Source: Vicugna vicugna (taxonomy: Eukaryota). From it: a stretch of DNA of 64,000 bases. This document shows positions 25,400 through 38,009 of this stretch, piece after piece. Numbering within the stretch: the first letter of the stretch is position 1; each line of letters starts with the position of its first letter. The stretch lies in contig MU061579.1 in the NCBI GenBank assembly GCA_013265495.1, positions 3,097,319-3,161,318 of the forward strand, given 5' to 3'. The translations under genes were made by a program, and so were the position numbers. Under the pieces are notes generated by a model. It did not search any database, had not been told where the DNA came from, and saw only the letters and a list, made by a program, of their open reading frames with translations.

Positions 25400-26520
25400 C
25401 TCATCCACTGATTCACTGATTCCCCTACTCGACAAACACTAATTGAATGTTTTCCAAGTGCTGGGTACTGGGAATGCAGGTTCATATTCCAAGTCTTTGC
25501 CATCAAGAAACCTACAGGGGATGAGGGAAAACTTTGAGATGGGAAAAACGATGGTAAACAAGAGTCCTGAATGATGAAAGATGTTTGATCAGGAGGAGAG
25601 AAACAAAAAATATTACAGACCACATTGTAGTTTTGATTTGCATTTCTCTGATAATCAGTGATACTGAGCATTTTTTCATGTGCCCAAAGGCTATTTATAT
25701 TTGTTTGTCTTCCTTGAAGAAACGTCTGTTTAGGTCTTCTGCCCATTTTTTGGATTGGGTTGTTTGTTTTTTATATTGAGTTTATGAGCTGTTTGTGTAT
25801 TTTGGAAATTAAGACCTTGTCAATCAAAGTAAGCCAGAAAGAAAAAGAAAAATATCACTAATATGTGGAATCAAAAAAAAAAAAAAAGACACAAATGAAC
25901 TTATTTACAAAACAGAAGTAGACTCACAGATCTAAAAAACTAACTTATGGTTACCAGGGTTGGGGAGAAATGGAGGGGGTGGAGGAATAAACTGAGAGTT
26001 TGGGATTTGCAGATATTAACTCCTATATATAAAGTAGATATACAACAAGGTCCTACTGTTTAGCACAGGGAACTATATTCAACATCTTGTAATAGCATAT
26101 AATGAAAAAGAATATGAAAAGGAGTATATATATGTATAACTGAATCATTATGCTGTAGACCAGAAATTAACACAATATTGTAAACCAACTATACTTCAAT
26201 AAAAATAATATTAAAGAAAATACATTACAGACACATGGAGCACTTGAAACGGTGCAATGCCCAGGACCGGGTGGTGAGAGGGAGGCTGAAGGGGCAGAGA
26301 AGAGGAATGAGGAAATTATCCTGAGGTCACTGCCCCGCTATTGAAAGGCTTTAAGCTGGAGAGTGATTGATTAACATATGTATTTTAGAAATATTATAAT
26401 TGCAATGTGGGAAATGCTGGTTGAACGGAAGTGAGAAAACCACTTACAGCCTCCCATTAGTAAGAAATTGGGTCCCGCATTACAAATTAGGGACAATGGA
26501 TATGGAATGCAATGGACACA
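25400..26520 (-). mobile_element. L2 fragments split by an L1 insertion
   Basis: ATTCACTGATTC...AAACACTAATTGAATG...CCAAGTGCTGGGTACTGGG; downstream ATTGAAAGGCTTTAAGCTGGAGAGTGA. Confidence 0.5.
25621..26223. mobile_element. 5'-inverted (twin-primed) LINE-1: 25621-~25824 minus, ~25825-26223 plus
   Basis: Minus part is ORF2 (TTTGCATTTCTCTGATAATCAGTGATACTGAGCA); plus part is 3' UTR plus A tail; TSD core ATTACAGAC at 25612-25620 and 26224-26232. Confidence 0.85.
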
Positions 26521-27129
26521 GAAAAGACTGTTTGCAGAAAGTACTGTGTCAAACCATGTATATATCTTTCATTTCTCTTTCAGGTGACAGAGAAATTAGC
26601 AATTTAGCTTTCTTAGAGGCTATGTAACAACTATTCATGCCCATTAGTTACTCAATAAATGTTACTCCTTTGTATTATAGCAGCCTATCTTTCTGCATTA
26701 CTCTACTTTCTAACAGTTTCATAAAAAAAAATCTCTTAATGGAACATTGTTAGAACCATTTAGGTCAAAGTCTAAAAGATTTTATCTTCAGAGCCAGGCA
26801 CAGGGTGCTTGTGCTTATAAAGTTTTTGCAATAAATACTACATTTAGGCACCTATGAATTATTTGATCAATGTTATCAAATTGTTGTTTACAGTGACTCT
26901 ACCCTCAAGAACTTGGTAATAAGAGTAAGATGGGCTTCTGAGGTTAAGATCAAAACAGAGGTATGCAAAGTCACATTACAAGGAAAGAAATTCATGCAGG
27001 TGACAAAGATTTGATTGTGTCCTGAGCAAATTCACTTATTTGTTCAGAAATATTTATTTCCTAGATACTATTCTAGGCATATGATCTAAAGTAGATATGA
27101 AACTAAATTAAATATTAGATTAATAAATT

Positions 27130-27570
27130 AGTATTTAGGACACTTTGCTTGGAAGTAAAAAACCCAATTTAAAATAAACAAATCAAATGAGGGAGTTGGG
27201 GGGAGGAAGAAGAGAAGAAGAAGGAAGGGAGGAAAGAAGGAAGGAAGGAAGGAGGCAATGGAATGATCCAGTGAAGTAGTTTTTATTGACCCACAAACAG
27301 GAAAGTCCATATGGTAGACTTCAGGGTTGCCTGGGCCCTGTGGCTCCAACTACATCATAGGACTTTGTCTCTTTCCATTCTGTGCACAGACTTTCTTTAT
27401 GTATAGTAGTCAATATGATCCCTCAATACTCACATCTCACCACTTCAGTCCAAAGAGAGCACTTTCTTCCTTAGAAACCTGATAGGAAAGACCAGGACAG
27501 ATTGGTTTAGCCACAAGTCTGGGTCTATTACATGACCAGTCAAGATACCCACTTAAAATGGTAGAAAAAG
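27130..27570 (-). mobile_element. Decayed MaLR LTR (MLT1K-like) containing a purine microsatellite
   Basis: GACTTCAGGGTTGCCTGGGCCCTGTGGCTCCAA...GATTGGTTTAGC; (GAA/GGAA)n at ~27205-27255. Confidence 0.5.
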
Positions 27571-28129
27571 TCTGCTCATTAGATGAAAATATTTTAGCCT
27601 CAAGTACCTGGAAATTAGCGATTCTCAAAGGCAAATCTGGCAGTGTCCACCCAGTGGCAAGTCTGATTGGTCTCTTCTGGTAGAAACGGATGCACCTAAT
27701 TATAATAAAAAAAAATTAAATGCTCTTGTAATATAGCTAGTGATAAAGTTCACAGATTCTTCTCTTAGAAATCCTTAGATTTGAGCCTCTTCTCTGCCAC
27801 TAACTTTCACGGTGAACTTGGGTAGTTTATTTCCTCACTTTCTTTTATTGAGAATTTAGAAATCTTTATCTCTTTACCTAATATGTTTATTAATGAATAC
27901 AGTATCGGCTACGGAAGAGACTGCAGGGGTCATTTTGCCCAAAATATTGCAGGATCTTAAGGTAAGTGGATGGAAGCAGAGAAGCAGTATATTGTATTAT
28001 TTGTGCAAATAACTTTAAAAATATGTATATATTTTTCCTGAGCCAGAAATCCTTTTTTGTTTTTTTAAAGATGTCATTTTCCAAAAAACATGCCTTACAA
28101 TTCCTAGGATTGTTCCAACTTTTTTTCTC

Positions 28130-28400
28130 AGGAATACTGAAAGCCACCCTGTTCCTGATGAACTCTGTTAAGCACATCCAGAATGTTTTATTTCCTCAGG
28201 TCCTTTGCACTTGCTGTTTCTGCTGCTGGAAATCGGTATTCTAGTCTCTCTTTTGTCTTGGTCCCTTACCTCTTTCAGATGTTGACTCAAATATCACCAA
28301 CTTAGAGAGTCCTTCCTCACCGTTCCATCTAAAATTGTCACAATTCCCTCCTCTGTATGCAGGGCTATTAAGTTTGAAATCATCTAAAACATTATTTATA
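28130..28400 (+). mobile_element. L2 fragment
   Basis: CCTCAGGTCCTTTGCACTTGCTGTTTCTGCTGCTGGAA...CTCAAATATCACC. Confidence 0.7.
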
Positions 28401-28419
28401 ACACTATATTAAATATTCA

Positions 28420-28725
28420 TAAAGGAGTCCTAGAGACATTAAACAATTTGTGATACATTCACACAAAGGATGAGATATAGTGTTGCTATAAAAAACATGA
28501 TAGATGTCTATATATGAAAATGGAATAATTTCAAAGATATATTGCCACCTTATTTTAGAATGCTCCCATTTGTGTATAAAACTATAAAATACATGTACAC
28601 ATACATATGCAAACACATTTATAAAGACATATGTTATTCCTGAAAGAATATCTGATTTCTTTGGGAAAAACGGTGTTTCATAAAGATGCATGCATTACTT
28701 TTCCAATAAAAGACTATTTAAAAAA
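28420..28725 (+). mobile_element. Ancient LINE-1 3' end (L1ME-like)
   Basis: ATGGAATAATTTCAAAGATATATT...CCCATTTGTGTATAAAA...CATGCATTACTTTTCCAATAAAA. Confidence 0.55.
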
Positions 28726-28739
28726 TAAAAGAGAGCAAT

Positions 28740-29230
28740 TTATCCACTCATTACAAATTATTTATTGAATAACTGTTACGTGCCATGGACTGTGAAGATT
28801 GAGCTACCAGGGTTCATAGTGTTGGTTGCAAGCTGGTGACTCAGATGAGTCCTAGATATAAATCCTAACATTTAATATATGATTTTATTTGGAGATATAT
28901 TTTGGACTCCCCATTCTTGCCTAAGAGATATCATCTGAGAAGGAGGAGATTTAATACATAAGTAAGTGAAATATATGATGTCTTAGGTGTTTATAAACAC
29001 AGCTGATAATCAGAAAAGAAAGAGAAGGGTAGAGAAAATGTAAAGAGGTAGAAGACAGAGTGAATTCAAATAGAATGTCTAGGAAAGGACACTGAGTTGG
29101 GAAGGTTTGAATTAGGACTTAAAGAAGGTGAGAGACTAACTAGTGGTCAGATGGGGAGGAAGGAGCAAATGCAATGATCCTCAGACAGGACCAGACCTGC
29201 ACAGTCGAGGCCATGCTAAAGGAACGGCAC
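28740..29230 (-). mobile_element. L2 fragments
   Basis: CACTCATTACAAATTATTTATTGAATAACTGTTACGTGCCA; TTTGAATTAGGACTTAAAGAAGGTGAG. Confidence 0.55.
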
Positions 29231-30204
29231 AGCTATTGACAGTTCTCCCGAGGACAATGTTACAGCATTTTTAGGAAACTGTCCAGCACTTGTCTGGGAG
29301 AATAGCCTGCTTTGATACTGCGCTAATCACATTACTTAGGTTGGGCCAAGAATCTTCCACATGATCCAGTCTAACTTACCAGGATTCTACAGTATGATTG
29401 GGGCAGTAATGTCACTTAATAACATAGTGTTTTATTTTTGTCTTACTCTATTATTTCCCTATGAGTGAACTCAGAAGGAAAGGTTATTTTACTGAGAACT
29501 ATGTAGTTAGAGTTTCCTAGGTCCCTGGAGTAATTCCATTCTAATTGCAATGTGAAATTTTTCATCAGATAGCTGAGAGGATGTACAATTGCAATTTTAA
29601 TGCTTTTTTTCCCCAGTTTGTACAAAAGCTTTCATTGAGATAATATTGACTATCTCTCTATCAGCTGCAAGAGGATTGATTATGAGATTAGTGTAGGGTG
29701 TCTACTTTGATACTGAGTTTATATATTATTTTGAACATGTTTAGCATATTAAAATAGAAAAACTAAACTTGCATTTTTAGGCTCTAAAAATTTCACTGTG
29801 GAAAAAAATGAGTTAAAAACGGAAATTCTTTATGAGTGTTGAATGCTTTATTGAGTGCATTGTTAAATTCTCTTTTTCCACACCGAGATATAAATGAAAA
29901 ATATCTGTGTTCAAGATTGAAGTGTATTTGCCTGTGTTGTTTTCCAACTGCTACTAGCCACGCCCTGCCAACAAAAAAGTTATTGATAATCTTCAAAGCT
30001 TGCCAACTAAAACAGAAACATGACAAGATTTTTAAACAGTATGTCTTTACAAGAAATAATAAATAATTGAAATTTTTAATGCCCATAAGTGGATAAACTA
30101 TAAACTTAGTAATATGCCAGATTTTTGTTGCCTCTTAAACCAAAAATGTTTTATTAAAAATATTCATTCAATTAGAATGGTTTTGAAAAATTTTAAGAAT
30201 AAGA

Positions 30205-30460
30205 TTAAGATTTCAGGATTAACAGACACACATTACTATATATAAAACAGATAAACAACAAGGACCTACTGTATAGCACAGGGAACTATATTCAGTTTCT
30301 TAAAATGAGCCATAATGGAAAAGAAACTGAAAAAATATTTATTTGTGTATATATATATGTATAACTGAATCACTTTGCTCTATACACCTGAAACTAACAT
30401 TGAACATCGACTACACTTCAATTAAAAATAAGAATTAAAAAATAATTTAAAAATAAAATA
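30205..30460 (+). mobile_element. LINE-1 3' tip with A-rich tail
   Basis: GATAAACAACAAGGACCTACTGTATAGCACAGGGAACTATATTC...CTACACTTCAATTAAAAA. Confidence 0.88.
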
Positions 30461-30880
30461 TATTTGATTCTGCTTTGAGAATATGCAATATTTTAAAATA
30501 AAATAGAAAAGGGGCACTTTAAATGTGGGCTGGCCCAGAATCTCAGATATTGTCAAAAAGATGATCAATTTCCCATAAGATTTCTTAAAGTGGACAGCAG
30601 TCTCGTGTGTATTCTATATTGGGAAATGACACAGCTTCCCTAGGTAAGAAACATCAACCCCAGAGCCTGAAGAGAAGCTGATCTATGGAGATTCTGAGGG
30701 GACATGACGCAGGCAGAGCAGACATTCTATGCCCTGGAATAAAGGCACCTATGAAGGACACTGCATCTCAAATCCAGGACACACAGACCTCAAAAAATGG
30801 ACTGTCAGGCAGAATAAAATTAGATAGTTGTAGGCATAGAATTCAATTCTTTTTAGAGGGAAATCGGCTGAATGGTACAG

Positions 30881-30912
30881 ATAGATACAGATTTAAATAG
30901 ATACAGATTTAA
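30881..30912. repeat. 16-bp tandem duplication
   Basis: ATAGATACAGATTTAA twice. Confidence 0.9.
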
Positions 30913-33566
30913 AATTTGGCACAATAGACCTTCCACTTGTCAACAATATTTGATTTTTATCCCCCTTTGGGAACAGGAAAGAAGGAGATATTACATTATG
31001 GGAAATGAGCAAGAGGCTTCACTGAAGATTTCCCAAAGAATATGGAAATGAGGAAAATGGCCTTAAAATTGACATTTTCATATCAATACATAATAAATCA
31101 GAGGAGAACTATGCAAATTCATCTTGCACTTATTGAATGAATTTGTTGTATCCAAGAGTGTTTCCTTAGAGGCTCTATTTCTCATTATAAATGAATCCAT
31201 TTTCTTTTTAATTTCCTCCCGTCTGATGAATTTTATCAACGTAAGCCTACCCACAAAAGACACCTCTTATCCTGCAATACTGATAGTCACATCCTAGGCT
31301 ATGGTATAGTCACTCAGACTCTGGGGAGGAACACAGCCACTTGGCCTTTCTCAAGTGATAGACGTTCAGATATTGAGTTTGGTCACCCAAGAGATTTTCA
31401 CCAATTTGCATTTATTGCATATTTAAGACCAAATTCCCTAGTTGGTCTTTTAAAAATTAATAATAAGCAAATGGACTTTAAAGCACCAAGTTTTTGAAGT
31501 CAAAGACATAAAGAAAAAATGAATTTTCTTTTTTTTCTTTTTTTACACTTAAATCGTTATCCACACATACTGTTACTTGAAATAGAAGGCTATCTTAACC
31601 CTTTCTTTTTGTGTTGACATCTATCTGTTGAGTATATTAAATTGTTGTGGTAAGAAGGAACACAGTAGTATGTGTATGGAGCTAAGTTTACAGATTCAAT
31701 TCTATTGATTTTTATCCTTATTTACAAACAAAGTGTTAGACTTTGGAAAATACTGATATCAAGCTGAAAACATTTGATATTTTCTAAAGGATTGCAAAAG
31801 AAAATTTGCAAATGTCTACTGTATTTATTGTAGTACAGATTATCAAGAAGCATAATCAAAAAGTACATAAGAATCTGAAAACTGAAAAACAAGAAGAAAA
31901 AGTGATTTTATGTCATTTTAAAAAAAATAATTGAATGTTTGATAACTGTGCAACTCTAAAAACATACAATGAATTTAATATGCATATCTGTACACTTTAT
32001 TTTAAGAAATATTGAGATAAAATGCCATCACACTCTACACACTGATTCTGCACTTGTGCTGTCATCTTTCAAGATATCAAAATTATTTGTGGATTCTGGT
32101 CATTTCTCTGTTATCACATGTCAAAAATAGCCCAAATTTTTAGAACCCTTTCATCTCAATGCTCTAGTTTATATAAAAGAGGATAAACTGTTTCCTGCAC
32201 CTACTAAGATTTCTTTGAAAAGAAAGAAATATGTAAAACTATATTAAAATGCTAATTTTAATATAACAATACAATACTTTTTTATATAAATACACAAAAA
32301 AATTCTTCACTGGTTTAGGAACTGAATGTTTCTTTTAATTGCTGATATATCTCTAATGTACAGATAATTTCAACTCTTTTTAATAGGTGCATAGCACAAG
32401 AAGCTTTTTTTTTTTTTTTTAGATTTAGAAAGAGACCAAGTCCCTTCTGTGATTAAAGCCCAAAAGCCAACGTATTATTTTCCTTCTGGAGAAGGAAGTA
32501 ACATGCAGTGGCCCAAAGCAGGAGTGGGCTTACATCTTCATAGGGTGACTGGCACGTGGCTTCGGTGTCATTCTAGGTGTTAGCCACCATGATTCCTAGC
32601 CATTTTCTGAGCATCATCACCAGACTTACTGATGATTTTCAGAGTAACCCTTCAAAATTCCTTCTTTAGGGCTAATAATTACTTTTGACACAAACCTCCC
32701 CTGATACACAACTTGTGTTCAATGATTTTACAAGTAAGCACATTATAAATAGGTGCATAGCACAGAAAAAGAAAAAGGAAAAAATAAATAAAGCCTTTCC
32801 TAGCGGCAGGAGACTGGATGTCATTTCCAAGGTGTATCATTAACTTGGCCTGTGAAGACTCCTGGACCATTACTGCTTAATATGTGAAATAAAAAAATCT
32901 GTCTACAATACATCACCAATGAGTATACTTCCTAACTAGATTAACAATTTTTAAGCAACCTTAAAATTTATAATTCCCATCTTAGTTTATACTCTGGAGT
33001 TTCCTGGAAAAAAAAAGCAGGCAATAAAAAAGTGAAATAAAAATTATCATAAGAAATAAAGGGAAACCAGAACACCTCTTGCTGTTAAGTTACCAAAAAA
33101 AAAAAAAAAAAGGAGTCTGGCTTAAGAAAGAGAAGGGGGAAGGAGCAAGGGAGGGACTGAGAGAGAGAGCGAACTAGAGAGATTGATTCCCTCGAATACA
33201 TTCATATGACTAACATCAGGATACCTAAATATCATTATTCTGCATTACAACTGTGACGATAGAAGCATCTGGAAATTTATATGGGATTAACCTTTCTGTG
33301 AGCAGTGCCCTCAGTCACCTGGACATCTAAAATGGATCACTTACCACCATGACAGAATAAAATCCACAACTTCATTTCTTGCTATTCTTATACTAGTACA
33401 TGTGCAATCAAAAAATTGTTGACCACTTACTTTTCATTTAATGTCCACAGAAAAACCGCATAAAATGACAACTGATGAACTAAAGTCACAGGTGAAAAAT
33501 AATACACGTATTTTTAGAAAATAAAATCACTTTGGGAATTTCTCACCCACTTGGGTCAACCTATTA

Positions 33567-34145
33567 GGTAGTGAGATAAGTAGGGGGACTGGGCAGATAG
33601 GATGGAGGAGAGGGAGGATGGTTTGGAAGATGGAGGTACCCCCACCTTCAGCAGAAAGGGGCTTTACTTCCTCTAAATGAATGCCAGCAAGAAACTGGTT
33701 AGAACCTCACGGCTGCAACTGCGCAGTAGCAACAAGGGCCTAACTGGACATGATCCTATGCTCATTGTAATATAATCAGCATTGTGGTTCAGCCCCACCC
33801 CATGGGTTTTTCTGTGTGCATCATGGGTAAGGCCATGCACAAAAGGGATGAGTGTGACTGAGCACTCCAGGGCCAAGAGCCATCAATCAATCAAGAGACC
33901 ACCTCTAAGCAAGGGCATAAGAGAGGAGACAAACAGACCATTGCTGTCTTCCCTTAGATCAGCCCACTTCCCGTTCGTGGAGGTGTACTTTCCCTTTGCT
34001 AAATGAAACCTTTAAAATCTTCCACTACGCAACACTTCTGTCTTCAGTCTGAATTCTTATCTTTCGGGTATAACAAGTACTGGGATCTTTTTTCCTTCCC
34101 CTTTTGGGTTCAGAAACCTAAGAGCAAGGACATTTTACACTAACA
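33567..34145 (+). mobile_element. Solo LTR, ERV1-like
   Basis: GC-rich ~580-bp block with CCAAT-like CATCAATCAATCA, TATA-like GCATAAGA, R/U5-like GGTGTACTTTCCCTTTGCTAAATGAAA and CTGAATTCTT; ends TAGTG...CACTA(ACA) are inverted. Confidence 0.7.
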
Positions 34146-36011
34146 AAAAAAAAAAGTGAGATTTTACACTAACAGAGAGGGTGTGGAATGGGGAGCAGTT
34201 ATTCGTCTCTGTGCTCAGGGCGGATTTGAGGGGGGACGAGCTGTGATGGGGGAGGTGCTACCAAGTAAACAATGCACAGGACGAAACAAATGCACTCCAG
34301 GTCTGGTTTTCCCCTACCTCTCTCTCTCTGACTTTATTTTATTTTATTTTTCTCTCTCTGACTTTAGAAAAGTCACTTTTCTCCCCTGTATCTTTTTCCC
34401 ACGTGTAAAGTGAAAATGAGAACAATATTTATGTTTAACTCCGGTGTTTACTTTGAGATTGAAATAAGTCAAGTGAATTATTCTGTGCCATGCAAAATGA
34501 CAGGATTTAAAACTTCTGGTTTTTGGCTGCTCCTTCTCCAGTGGGCCAAGATATTAACGTTTAGTGGCTTAAAAAAGCACAAATAATGATTGGCATTCCA
34601 CTTTGCAGTGACAAGGCAATCTAATTGTCAAACTGACTTTTTTTTCCCCATTTCTTCAGAATACTTTCCGAGAGTGTGGGACTGTCTCTATAGCATCATT
34701 ACGTGGAGTAAGGAAGACTCCCCTTGGCCATAGTCTGCCTCCCAGTGGTCTGGACTTCCCGTTTCTCACGCAGGTGTTCCTCCATGTATTCTCTGAGGAA
34801 CACAGCGTCAGGTTCTTAATAAATATTTCAGGTTGCACAAAATACCCTTAAGTGGCCTGGTAATGCAATTCTCAGCATGCTAAAAGTTCTAGAAAGCCCA
34901 ATATATTGTTTAAAGAACAAAGAAAACCACAATTAAATTTTAAAATGTCAAAAATCCATTCAGGCAATTATTCCTCAGAAAAAGGGTGATAGACATTTTG
35001 ATTGTGTTGCCTAAAATCTAAGATGCTTACTGCCTTATCCTCAGATGGAAAAAGTCCAAAGATGCAGAGAAAAATGATTCTCAGGCACTCCTTCCTCTCC
35101 TGTATGCAAAATCCCTTAGTGGAACATAAATGATTTCACAGCCCAGGTTCTCACAGTAAATAATTTACTTTCCCACCATATTCTTTATGGGCACTATATA
35201 CACTCTTTACGACACAGCAATAAAATTCAGTAGGTTTCTCTGTTTGACCTCTTTTGTTCATTCATGGAAGCAACACAGAGACACTTAGCTGCTCCTACAG
35301 TAATTCTCTGTTTTCGCTGAGAAATGAAGTTTTCTTTTTAATCCAATCTTAGGGTTAACGAAGTTATCATATGTATGATATACGAACCAGTAATTTTCTA
35401 AACTGACAATAAAATAAAATCAATGAGAAAATCATTGGTGAGGGTTATTTCATTGCCTTGATCACACAGAAGGCATTTTTATGATTCACAATATATTAGG
35501 GACATCATTAAGCCTATCACTGCCATTTTACTGGAAGATGTGAGGAAATGATCATTAATGGGGAGTTCTGACTGAAGAATTGCTAAAAAAACAGCTTTTT
35601 TAGTACCTGCACAATCATGAAAATATAATTTTCATTCAAATGTGATGTCCCCACTACATCTTAAATTATCCTCCCTTACCTAATTTCTCTGCCTCCCTGA
35701 GGAGCCAAGGGTTATGTGGCCTGATAGAACACATTGCCAACAGACTTCACTCTGATGAAGAAAATAATTTCCACCCAATTGATGTCCATTTGTATTTGTA
35801 CGGCTGCATAGCATCTTCATTTTGTATCAAGAAAGGTCCCTAAATAAACCTATTTTTTTTCTGGAATGAGTACATTATAAAATATGCACTACAATTCATC
35901 ACAGATGTCAAAGAATCCACAATCTCCATCCATGGCTGGTAAGCCCCACCCCCATATTCCTCTTCCAAAAAAAGTGAAACATACTCGCAGACACAAGAAT
36001 TTTAGGAAGTA

Positions 36012-36471
36012 TAAAATAATGCCATTTGCAGCAACATAGATGCAGCTGGAAATCACCATTCTAAGTGACGTAAGCCAGAAAGAGAAAGAAAAATACCATA
36101 TGACATAACTCATGCGTAGAATCTAAAAGAAAAAGAAGAAAAAGGAAGACACTAATGAACTCATCTACAAAACAGAAACAGACTCACAGACAGACATAGC
36201 AAACAAATTTATGGTTACACGGGGAAAGGGGGTGGGAAAGGATAAATTGGGAATCTGAGATTTGCAAGTATTAACTACTATATATAAAATAGATAAAAAC
36301 TAAATTTCTTCTGTACAGCACAGGGAACTATATTCAATATCTTTTAGTAACCTATAACGAAAAAGAATGTGAAAACAAACATCTGTGTGTATGTATATAT
36401 GAGTGAAACATTATGCTGTACCCCAGAAACTGATACATTATAACTGACTATACTTCAATTTAAAAAAAAAA
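36012..36471 (+). mobile_element. 5'-truncated young LINE-1 3' end
   Basis: ATAATGCCATTTGCAGCAACATAGATG...CTATACTTCAATTT plus poly-A; 17-bp TSD AAGAATTTT(A/T)GGAAGTA at 35995-36011 and 36472-36488. Confidence 0.92.
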
Positions 36472-36494
36472 AAGAATTTTTGGAAGTAAAGTAC

Positions 36495-36660
36495 ACTGAG
36501 AAAGCACAGAATTTCGTGTGTAAAAACCTATCTTCAAATCCGAGTTCTTTCACTAATTCTGTGGCTTTAGGCAAGTTACTTAATTTCTCTGATGGTTTTT
36601 GTAGGGGAGGATGGTTAAATGAGATAACACCTAAGACAAGTTTTACATAGTTTTTCTGCT
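36495..36660 (+). mobile_element. MIR
   Basis: TTCAAATCCGAGTTCT...TGTGGCTTTAGGCAAGTTACTTAATTTCTCTG...TTAAATGAGATAA. Confidence 0.8.
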
Positions 36661-36699
36661 CAAAATGTAATAACTCCACTCAAATACTGTTCAGATATC

Positions 36700-37190
36700 T
36701 TTTATGCCCCACATAATTCTTGGTCCATATTTTCCTCCAGATACTGATGCAGTGACCAGCTGCTGAGCAGCACTGTGAGTGTCTCATTTTTTTCCTCCTG
36801 GGAATTCCTTGGTTTCACTGAGGTTCTCATGGTTCTACTCATGAGAAAATCCACACATGAATGCTAGAATGACCTGGGAATGCGAGGGAGTTATATCCCA
36901 CAGGGCAGCCCTGGAACAGTGAGGGTGTGATGGAGGGTGGACAAGCTACCCTCTTCTTTCCTTTGGCTGGATACTTCAGAGACTCGTGGTGCTTGTCTTC
37001 TGGAAGGTCCTGGTTGAGTCTAACCTCAGTTGCCCATGTGGAACAATTAGGAAATGTACTGCTGCATTTCTTTTTTCTGCTTCCTGTTTGTATCTCTCCC
37101 TACTCGCTTTCCTGCTCTCTAGACAACCTCTCTAATTAAAATACAGCACACAAATCCTTGTCTCATTCTCTACTTTCCTGAGTAAGGAAG
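36700..37190 (+). mobile_element. ERVL solo LTR (LTR16-like)
   Basis: GGGAGTTATATCCCACAGGGCAGCCCT...CAGTTGCCCA...CAAATCCTTGTCTCA. Confidence 0.7.
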
Positions 37191-37289
37191 GGTATACTTA
37201 ACAACAAGAAAAAAAAATGATCAACACTCTTAGGTCATTTCTGGAAATAACGGATAGGAGCTCATAAGAATTGGAGAGTAAATTGATTA

Positions 37290-37768
37290 CAAAATTAGTA
37301 ACCACTTCTCTCCATTCCTGTGCTCAGGCTCTTTTGAAACATGACTTTGCAGCACTTCACATTAAGAAGAAAAGTCTATGAGACTCACTTTGAGAACAGA
37401 CATTAGTGAATGTGATGCCTGCACAGATTGAAGAAGAAACTTCATAGTAAGGCATCCTTTTTCTTGCTGCTTTTAGCAACACTATAGCTAGCCCCATGTC
37501 AGCGCGTCTAGGCTAACTAGATGGTGAGAGACACCTGGCCCAGCCATCCTTGTCACACAATTAACATCAATCCACAACCAGATATAAGTGAGACTATTAT
37601 ATACCATCCAGTCTTGGCTGAGCCACCAGCTGACCACAGAGGTCAGCGAATTTGGTTCAGCCTGAAAACACTGCATGGCTTTGTCAGAAAATTGTGAAAA
37701 ATAGCCAATGTTGCTTAAGACACTCATTTTGGGGGTAGTTTGTTATGTATCCAAATTTCACTGATGCA
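37290..37768 (+). mobile_element. MaLR LTR (MLT1G/H-like)
   Basis: ATGACTTTGCAGC...GAGAGACACCTGGCCCAG...TTTTGGGGGTAGTTTGTTATG...ACTGATGCA. Confidence 0.75.
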
Positions 37769-38009
37769 AGGAGGGTCCATATTGATTACTACTGCTCTTC
37801 TCACATCAAGTAAGATTCTGGGACTCAATTTATCCTTCTGAAAATAAGGCTATTAGAATTTTATTGTACTTGACAGGCCTAGCTTCATTATTTTTATGTA
37901 TTTTTTGCATTTTTTCCATTATTTTTTAGTCTTAAATATTAGAGATTAACTTCACAGACTTTCAGATGTCAGAATTAAAAAGAAACAAACTTTCAGTTTT
38001 TGATCTCTG

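Noticed and set aside
32540..32645. C/D box snoRNA (TGATGA motifs)
   Set aside because: No correctly placed terminal CTGA D box or closing stem on either strand.
29373..33345. Isolated minus-strand G|GTAAGT donors at ~29380 and ~33345
   Set aside because: Expected by chance at this density in AT-rich DNA, with no convincing paired acceptor.
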